Assembly (NCBI GenBank): GCA_039683575.1
Contig: JBDKRC010000169.1
Span: forward strand, 1 to 25,854
Origin: Armatimonadia bacterium
GTDB taxonomy: Bacteria > Armatimonadota > Zipacnadia > Zipacnadales > UBA11051
DNA length: 25,854 nt
Direction of reading: 5' to 3'
The notes beneath the pieces were generated by a model that was not told where the DNA came from, did no database searches, and saw only the letters and a list, made by a program, of their open reading frames with translations. A program made the position numbers and the translations under genes. This document shows positions 19,550-25,854 of this stretch, one piece after another (position 1 is the first letter of the stretch; each line of letters begins with the position of its first letter).

Positions 19550-22500
19550 CTATCGTGGGGTTAGGTGCAGGACCCTGATCTCGCCGGGCTCCAGCGACAG
19601 CGCCAAGGGTTTGGTGGGATCGTAGGGCTTGTTCGTCTCGTATTCCGCCAGGCGGTTCGCGCCACGCAGTTCCTTCAACGTTAGTGTCACCTGTCGGGGG
19701 GCTGTGGTCGGGTTCATGGCGATGATCAGTCGCTCTTGGCCCTTCGTAAGCACCGCCAGACTGCTTTCATCCTGCGCGGGCTCGGCTACCACCAGTTCAT
19801 CGCGACGTTGGAAGTCTGTGAAGAAGTCCTCAAAGTCGGCCACCAGCGCCGATACCCAGCCGATTCCCCAGTAGCCCCCGCCGTCCAGCACCGGCAGATA
19901 CCAGATCAGGAAGCCGCCACCATTGGTGTCTAGTACGGTGCGAAGCAGGCTGGCGCGCCACTGCGCCGGCGACGGGTACGGCCGCTCGGCCTGGAAACGC
20001 TGCTCGACGTACATATACCCCCCCGTGAACGGCACGTCGCCCAGGCTCTGCAACATCCGCTGGAGCGAGGCGCGGTCGCCATTGTAGCCGGCAATGGCCC
20101 AATCCAAGTGCGGGCGCATCAGTTCCCAGTCCACGCCGTAGAGCGACCGCGTGCGGTCATTCTGGTAGCCGCTGTACACGCTGAAGGGTATGTTGGGGTT
20201 GGCGGTCTTGCAGGCCTCGCCGATGATACCGGCCATGCGGGCATTTTGCAGGCAGCGGAAGGAGACCCACTGCGCCTCGTACTTTGCCCAGATCTGATCA
20301 GGCGAGGGTACCGCAGCCAGCTTCGCCCAGGTTGCGAAGGCCTTGCGGCAGCGCTCGCAGAGGCAGACGGAGGCCGGGTAGTTTGAAGGGAACTCGTGGT
20401 CCCAGTCCACGTGCTCATACGGATTGGCCCGCAGCCGGGTGATGAGCCACTCGCGCAGCTTGGGGATGAATTCATTCTCCGTGTCGAGCAGGATGGTCGG
20501 GCAGATCTGGGTGGGGCTCTTGGCGCCGTTCCTTTGCAACGCTGCGTGGTCTGGGTGGCGCGTCAGGTACTCGTTGTCGACCGGGCTCTGCGAGAAGGCG
20601 TTGCGGTCAATGGCCCAGACAAACTTCATGCCCTGCGGCTTCAGCAGGTCCGCCAGGGCGCTTTGGTTTGACCCCCACAGCCAGTTGGCTCCAGAGCCGC
20701 GCACCATTTCAGCATTCGCCTTCCAGAACTCCGGGCTCTCATAGGCCGCGCTGTCGTAACAGATGATGATCGGCACGCGCTTAGGGGCGCGGTTCGGGAG
20801 CGCGGAAAGGACGTTCAGCGTGCTCTCGCGCTCGGCTTCAACCACGTGACCGTCGAGAGCCTCATAGTGTGAGTACACCTTCAGTTCATCTTCTCGCGGT
20901 GAGCCCACGTCTGCCAGCAGAGCCGCCCGCGCAACGTCGCCCTTGGCGACGATGCTCTCGCCTTTGGCGCGCATGCGAACGACGTAGCGGGTATTAGGCT
21001 TGACTTGAATGGTCGGCGTACTGACCCACAGCCCGGCCTGCGCGGCTTGTTGCTCGGGAGTCCCGGTCAACCTGCAGGCGCGGTTCTCCTGCCCGTCTCG
21101 CTGGTAGGTCGTGAGGTTGGGCTTGCCTTTCCAACCATCACCCTCGAAATCGCCCTGGGGCACCAGATTGGCTGTCGTGCCCTTCTCGGCAAGGCTGAGG
21201 TCGTCATACCAGCAGGTGCCGGAGATGCCGCGGCCCTGCCACTTCAGGCACAGGACCCCCACGAGATCGGCAAACCGCGGAGAGGTCAGCTCGACCGTAA
21301 AGTCGCGCCAGTCGAAGTTGCCGCCGAGCGATAGGGCAGAGACATACTGGGCGCTGGTGCCATCCTTGGACTTCCAGACGAGTTCGAGTGTGTAGCCGCC
21401 GGTGAGAGTGCCGATTGGTTCGAGCGCATAGCGAGTGTAGTCGCGACCATCGCGGCGCAGGCGTTCGGAGCGCAGGGGCTTGAGTTGCGCACCATCAAGG
21501 TTGTCCGACCCCACGATGCGCAGCGGGGCGGGCACGTCGAGATAGTAGGTGTAGTCCGCCGGAGTGACGCCGACGGTGCCCAGGAGCGGCTTAACGAACA
21601 TGCGGCTGCCGCGCGGGAGGTTCAGATCGGACTGCATCGGCCAGAAGCGTTCCCGCCGGTCGGACAGGGCGATGACCCGCCGCAGGCTGATCTGGGTGCC
21701 AGGGGGCAGCTTCACCTGGCTCGCCTTGCCACCAGTCAGCGCCGACCACGGCTCAGCATCAAACCCCGCCTGTTCCCATCCCTCGGCTGGCTGGGCCGAC
21801 CAGCGCCAGCCCCTGTCGAAGCCGAACGTCTGCGAGCCGCAGCGCAGGCTGCCGGTGAGCGCCGCGCCGCCGGGCGCGGTCAGAGCCAGCACGTTTTCGC
21901 CGGCGGAGAGCGTGGCTTGCACGGCCGTCTTCTTGCCCGGCTGCAAGCGCGCGATCTCCTGGCCGTTGCGCAACAGCAGGCCCTGCCCGCCGGTCAGCGT
22001 GAGTTCGCCCGCCAGTTCCAGGAGCGTGCCGGACTGGGCAAACCAGGGAGAGCGGTAGATGATAGCACCGTCAGCCAGAGCCACCTCGTACTGGACCGAG
22101 GCGGACTTGAGTTGCGGCGCGACGGGGTAGGGGAGGGTTAGTGCCCGCGCGCCTGCTGCCGCCGAGGCTTTGGCTTGCGCCTGGCCCCCATTCTTAAGGA
22201 TGACGGTAGCCTGGAGAGCGGGTGAGCCCTCCGGGAGCTCCAGACGCAGTGAGGGCGCTGCCGCTCCCAGGTCTGCCACATTCGCCAGCCGCACCGAGGC
22301 CGTGGTCTCGGCCAGGATCATCGTGCCGAACTGTTCGGGGGCGTGATAGGCGCCTTGCAGGCCGCACCAGGTGCTGCTCTCGCCGAGCGGGTGTTGGTTG
22401 CGACAGACGTTGAAGGTCCAGTGGTCGCCAGGCTTGGCCGAGGCGCCAAAGGAGGCGAAGGGGATGGCTACTTCCAGGATCCAGGCATCGCGACCGCTGC

Positions 22501-22990
22501 TCGCGGCTGTCTCCCAGGGGCCGTTGAAGCTCGCATCCATGGCCCGACTTTCATAGCGGGTGCCAAGCATGTTGGCGGCAAGCTGGTAGTACGGGCCCAT
22601 TCCCCCGGGTCGCAGGAAGATCTCGAGGCTGTCATCGCCAAACACGTTGCCGTCGTGCTCGGTGACGGTCTGCCTGAGCAGATGCAGTTGCTGGGTCTCG
22701 GGCACCAGAGCGCGCTCGGCGCACTCGAAAGCCATGTAGAGCGCACGGTCATCCCAGCACAGGCGTCCGACGGTCTGTTGGGTGGGCAAGCTCGTGCCAG
22801 TGTTAAGCAAGAAGGGGGTGATGACCGCAGCCTTTGCCCAGCAGGCATCGTCGAGCTTGCCATCGAGGCGCGGCGGGGTGGGTGTTCGCCCCACCTGCAC
22901 CAGCGGCGGGCCATCTGCATGACAGCAGGCGGCGAAGGTCAGGATGGCCCCCATCAGGCAGCCAGTGAGCAGGTTTCGTCGGGAAGTCAT
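19550..22990 (-). CDS. Secreted multidomain putative glycoside hydrolase: CBM9-like, beta-sandwich, CBM4/9-like and C-terminal TIM barrel
   Basis: AAGGAG RBS and signal peptide. CBM9 motifs LDGKLDDACW, DDSLEIFL and WILEVAIPF. CBM4/9-like NLVPQGDFE and WYDDLSL. Barrel motifs YEHVDWDHEFP and VCLCERC. Confidence 0.78.
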   Translation of the reverse strand: MTSRRNLLTGCLMGAILTFAACCHADGPPLVQVGRTPTPPRLDGKLDDACWAKAAVITPFLLNTGTSLPTQQTVGRLCWDDRALYMAFECAERALVPETQQLHLLRQTVTEHDGNVFGDDSLEIFLRPGGMGPYYQLAANMLGTRYESRAMDASFNGPWETAASSGRDAWILEVAIPFASFGASAKPGDHWTFNVCRNQHPLGESSTWCGLQGAYHAPEQFGTMILAETTASVRLANVADLGAAAPSLRLELPEGSPALQATVILKNGGQAQAKASAAAGARALTLPYPVAPQLKSASVQYEVALADGAIIYRSPWFAQSGTLLELAGELTLTGGQGLLLRNGQEIARLQPGKKTAVQATLSAGENVLALTAPGGAALTGSLRCGSQTFGFDRGWRWSAQPAEGWEQAGFDAEPWSALTGGKASQVKLPPGTQISLRRVIALSDRRERFWPMQSDLNLPRGSRMFVKPLLGTVGVTPADYTYYLDVPAPLRIVGSDNLDGAQLKPLRSERLRRDGRDYTRYALEPIGTLTGGYTLELVWKSKDGTSAQYVSALSLGGNFDWRDFTVELTSPRFADLVGVLCLKWQGRGISGTCWYDDLSLAEKGTTANLVPQGDFEGDGWKGKPNLTTYQRDGQENRACRLTGTPEQQAAQAGLWVSTPTIQVKPNTRYVVRMRAKGESIVAKGDVARAALLADVGSPREDELKVYSHYEALDGHVVEAERESTLNVLSALPNRAPKRVPIIICYDSAAYESPEFWKANAEMVRGSGANWLWGSNQSALADLLKPQGMKFVWAIDRNAFSQSPVDNEYLTRHPDHAALQRNGAKSPTQICPTILLDTENEFIPKLREWLITRLRANPYEHVDWDHEFPSNYPASVCLCERCRKAFATWAKLAAVPSPDQIWAKYEAQWVSFRCLQNARMAGIIGEACKTANPNIPFSVYSGYQNDRTRSLYGVDWELMRPHLDWAIAGYNGDRASLQRMLQSLGDVPFTGGYMYVEQRFQAERPYPSPAQWRASLLRTVLDTNGGGFLIWYLPVLDGGGYWGIGWVSALVADFEDFFTDFQRRDELVVAEPAQDESSLAVLTKGQERLIIAMNPTTAPRQVTLTLKELRGANRLAEYETNKPYDPTKPLALSLEPGEIRVLHLTPR

Positions 22991-23043
22991 CGCCGTTGTC
23001 TCCTTTGTTGGCAGTCCTCACGGCCAGTCAACGCCTCGCGCGG

Positions 23044-25044
23044 CTAGACGTAGTCCGTGACCATGCCTTCGGGCAGCAGCGCCCGGACGACCATCCAGAC
23101 TATGTCGTACGTCATTGAACTGCCGAGCACCAGCCCGAGGAAGAAGGGCAAAGCGCGCCAGTACAGCCGTGCGCCACTGAGCCGCAAAAGTATGGCCTTG
23201 GCGGCCCAGGCGATCAGCATGCTCGACCAGTAATACGGCGTCGGGCCGTAGCTGGTGGCGAGCAGGAAGCCCAGAGGGTGAAAGGGGAAGCGCAGGAAGG
23301 TCCGGCGCAACAGCGCCAGAGCCGGGGTCATTACGAAGCCAGCGACCATGAATTTGAGCCGCAGGGCGTCAGGCGGCGCGGGAGAGGTCAATTGCGCGCT
23401 CAGTCCCAGGTATTCGCCACGTGCTACCATCGTGTTCGCGCCGCCGTAGAGGTCGCCGCCCTGCAGCAGCGAGGCGCCGAAGCGGTAGTAGGCGCTGAGG
23501 TGGATGTAGAACCCGAGTCCCAGACCCAACACCAGAGCGGCAATCAGGAAGAGGTTGGTCTTGCGTGGCGCGATGCCCACACTCTCCCACAGCGTCAGGT
23601 TCTCGGTCCCGAAGGAGGCCGTCTCGCCGAGGTAGTTGTAGCGCGAGAGCCACGAGTAGAACGAGAGCATTACCAGACCCTGTTCGCCGCCTGCGGCCAC
23701 TATGCCGCGGGTGCCCAGGAGGTACGTGAAGATTGATTTCTGGGTACCGTACGGGTATGGCCAGCCAAGGGGAATGCCCGCTTCGGCCCGCAGGCGGGCC
23801 TGGACGATGGTGTACAGCAAGAGCAGGATCAGATAGGGAATGGCCAGCTTGAGCGCAAACTGGTTGACGGCGCACCACAGGATGATGACTGCAAGGCCGC
23901 CGAGGGCGCCGTAGAAGGCCAAAGCCGGGTTGAGTGGGTATGCTTCGCGGCTGGCTTCGCCGCGAGTGGCCAATCGCGCGAGACGGGCGATCTGTCCGCG
24001 GGCGGCGATCAGCAGCAGCAGCCCGTAGGCCACATAGCCACCGGTACTTTGCTCCTGGAAGTATGGGAAGGAAGCGTCGCGCAGGCCGAACATGCCCGCG
24101 CCCATGCCCGCCAGCTTGTAGAGCAGATAGATCGACCACGTCGAGAACAGCAGGTCCTGGGGCACGAGGTAGCCTGCGCCGATGGTCAGCGGATCGATGT
24201 AGAAGCGCAGCGGTAGGAGGAAGCGCAGGGGCTCCTCGGTCAGGAAGGGCGCGAGGTCGGTGCGGAGCGGCACGGCCGGCAGCGAAGGAACGAAGTACTT
24301 GACGATGTTGCCCGCCTGCAGCAAGAAGGCGGTGCCGAAGCCCAGCCACATCAGTGGGTCTGCCAGGAGGCTTCGCTGGCCACGGTGGCGGAGGCCGACC
24401 ATCTCCCGGGGCAGTTCAAGCATCGGATAGCTCAGGTGCTCGTCCGCGTTCCAGTGGTGGCGCATGAGCACGATCACGCAGAGGGTAGTCAGCCCCAGGA
24501 CCAGCATGAAGCCGCTCCATAGCAGCACGGGACCGATCCACGGCCCCCAGAGCACCGCTCCGGTATCGCTGCCCTCGTAAGCGGGAATGAGCACCTGCGG
24601 GTCCTTGGGCATCAGCCAGTCGGGGATGTGGGTGGCGATGCGCGCGAACTCGTTCTCCGGCCCGGCGTAGTACGGCAGGAGCGACAGGTGGGGCAGCAAG
24701 GAGCGGACGCCCATGAAGGAGGAAATGGGGATGGCCAAGGCGAGGAAGCCGAAGATGAGCAGCAGTTGGGCACGGCTCAGGGCCAGACGTGGGTGAAGCC
24801 GGCCGGCGGCGGAGGAAGCGAGCATCAGCACCAGCAACAGGAACCACGCTACGGCTGGCGGAACGCCCTGCACGCCATAGGAGCGCCCGCCCTCGAGGTC
24901 ATAACGACGGATGAACAGGTTGACCAGCACCAGCAGGACGGTGGCGATGACGAAGGCCCAGACGGCGCCCCGGGAGTTCAGAGCGGGGGCCGCGGTAGTG
25001 CCAGAAGGTGTAGGACTTGGCTGAGGAACACTCACGAGGGACAC
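23044..25044 (-). CDS. DUF6785/DUF6784-type polytopic membrane protein, putative transporter
   Basis: 666 aa with many hydrophobic helices. Motifs W..DEHLSYP...LP, LMWLGF, P.DLLFSTW, ARLRAEAG, FPFHPLGF, AWAAK..LLR..G..LY...PFFLGLVLG. The exact start (GTG 25044 or 25035) is uncertain. Confidence 0.75.
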   Translation of the reverse strand: MSLVSVPQPSPTPSGTTAAPALNSRGAVWAFVIATVLLVLVNLFIRRYDLEGGRSYGVQGVPPAVAWFLLLVLMLASSAAGRLHPRLALSRAQLLLIFGFLALAIPISSFMGVRSLLPHLSLLPYYAGPENEFARIATHIPDWLMPKDPQVLIPAYEGSDTGAVLWGPWIGPVLLWSGFMLVLGLTTLCVIVLMRHHWNADEHLSYPMLELPREMVGLRHRGQRSLLADPLMWLGFGTAFLLQAGNIVKYFVPSLPAVPLRTDLAPFLTEEPLRFLLPLRFYIDPLTIGAGYLVPQDLLFSTWSIYLLYKLAGMGAGMFGLRDASFPYFQEQSTGGYVAYGLLLLIAARGQIARLARLATRGEASREAYPLNPALAFYGALGGLAVIILWCAVNQFALKLAIPYLILLLLYTIVQARLRAEAGIPLGWPYPYGTQKSIFTYLLGTRGIVAAGGEQGLVMLSFYSWLSRYNYLGETASFGTENLTLWESVGIAPRKTNLFLIAALVLGLGLGFYIHLSAYYRFGASLLQGGDLYGGANTMVARGEYLGLSAQLTSPAPPDALRLKFMVAGFVMTPALALLRRTFLRFPFHPLGFLLATSYGPTPYYWSSMLIAWAAKAILLRLSGARLYWRALPFFLGLVLGSSMTYDIVWMVVRALLPEGMVTDYV

Positions 25045-25076
25045 TTCCGCAGGTGCGGTGGCTGGTGCTGTGAAGT

Positions 25077-25111
25077 GCGCAGCGCGGGTGAGAGAGTGCC
25101 CCGCGCTGCGC
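25077..25111 (-). terminator. Strong GC hairpin between pilin and membrane-protein genes (mRNA stabiliser or partial terminator)
   Basis: Perfect 12-bp stem GCGCAGCGCGGG/CCCGCGCTGCGC with an 11-nt loop. No poly-U tail. Confidence 0.55.
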
Positions 25112-25147
25112 TAAGCGTCTCCAGATGCGGCAGCGGCTGTGGCAGGG

Positions 25148-25750
25148 CTACTTCTTCATGCCGTAGTCGTCATACGTTGATCCAGCCACGGCCAGGTTCG
25201 ACTTTGATTCCCACTTGGCGTGTCCGTCCGTAAAGACGAGGTTCTGCCCATCGTTGTGGGGGAAGGGGCAGTGAGACGCGGGCCAACTCACGCCAGTTGT
25301 GTAGCCGAAAAAGGCGGTGTGGTATCCGGTATACTCAGTCATCAGCATCAGCTTGGAGGCGTCCGTGATGGTCCCGAGCGAGCGATAGCCGCCGCTGGGC
25401 GTGTCCCACACGCAGCAGTAGGAGTTGAGTAGGTACGCGGTGGTGATGACCACCCCGTCCCCGAACGGATACGTCGGTGTCGGCCTCACGCTCGGGCACG
25501 CGAATACCTGGGTATTCTTGACGTATGGCAGCAGCGCGCTGTACATGCACAGGCCCCCGGATGAGACGCTGTCATTGTAGCCCGTGACGGGGATGTGATA
25601 GTACTGGGGGAAGCGCTCGTCATAGTCCTGGGCATAGGACAGACAGGCGATGCCCAACTGCTTGAGGTTCGAAAGGCAACTGCTCTGCCGGGCCTTTTCT
25701 CGGGCCTTGGCGAAAACTGGGAATAGGATCGCTGCCAGAATGGCAATGAT
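25148..25750 (-). pseudogene. Second DUF1559-like prepilin/H-X9-DG gene lacking its first ~15 codons within the window
   Basis: [31 protein letters not shown]...[16 protein letters not shown] is intact to the stop. Upstream of Ile at 25750 the expected [15 protein letters not shown] is replaced by unrelated sequence. Confidence 0.85.
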
Positions 25751-25751
25751 G

Positions 25752-25854
25752 TAGCCGCTGAAAAACAGCAAGCAGGTATCGTTTTGTCTCAAGGGAATCC
25801 TTGGTTGAGGTGATCTGCTTGCAGCACAAGTCTCAGCCCCATGCGCCCTCGCTC
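25752..25854. mobile_element. Probable end of an inserted element interrupting the pilin gene (continues beyond the window)
   Basis: Abrupt loss of pilin homology and lower GC. The terminus TAGCCGCTGAAAAAC resembles, from memory, the GCTGAAAAA-type ends of IS5/IS1182-like elements. A nested hairpin lies at 25768-25822. No transposase is visible. Confidence 0.45.

Noticed and set aside
7490-24349. Long antisense or alternate-frame ORFs (e.g. 7490..8482, 10593..11450, 14888..15760, 17518..18333, 23369..24349)
   Set aside because: Shadow ORFs expected in high-GC coding DNA. They overlap well-supported genes and carry no recognisable motifs.
11527-25750. Diversity-generating retroelement or shufflon acting on the two pilin genes
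   Set aside because: No reverse transcriptase or recombinase in the window. Differences in the shared segment are synonymous rather than adenine-specific, and there is no near-identical TR/VR pair.
25148-25792. ORF-track start giving [19 protein letters not shown] as a genuine alternative N-terminus
   Set aside because: It is a TTG inside the foreign hairpin sequence with no convincing RBS, and it lacks the G|FTLIE prepilin cleavage site.
25752-25854. Group II or group I intron interrupting the pilin gene (insert ends ...AC before the exon-like sequence)
   Set aside because: No domain V/VI consensus in the last 100 nt and no terminal G typical of group I introns. The AC ending alone is not evidence.
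1-25854. rRNA, tRNA, CRISPR array or riboswitch
   Set aside because: None recognised by eye in the short intergenic regions; an Infernal/Rfam scan would be needed to exclude small RNAs.

Overview
High-GC bacterial DNA, most likely Armatimonadota: the pilin N-terminus [29 protein letters not shown] is characteristic of that phylum as I recall it. The first ~1.65 kb is a decayed zone with an internally deleted IS3-family remnant, a frameshifted and deleted amidohydrolase pseudogene and a possible hsdR scrap. The remaining ~24 kb looks like a glycan-utilization locus. It encodes seven signal-peptide proteins (GH123/DUF4091-like, DUF4855 with discoidin domains, GH42-like, CBM9-like, DUF6067-like with LamG, a CBM9/TIM-barrel protein with a GH18-like DxDxE motif, and one unknown), a PIG-L deacetylase and a sugar isomerase/epimerase. 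It also encodes two DUF1559-type prepilin-like H-X9-DG proteins and a DUF6785/DUF6784-type polytopic membrane protein. No SusC/SusD or ABC transporter is present in the window. The main hypothesis is a pilin-like protein plus DUF6785 permease uptake module serving N-acetylated glycans. The second pilin gene lacks its 5' end, which is replaced by a structured foreign sequence at the window edge. Two enzymes appear to carry circularly permuted inserted binding domains. All family calls come from motif recognition by eye; no database search was run.
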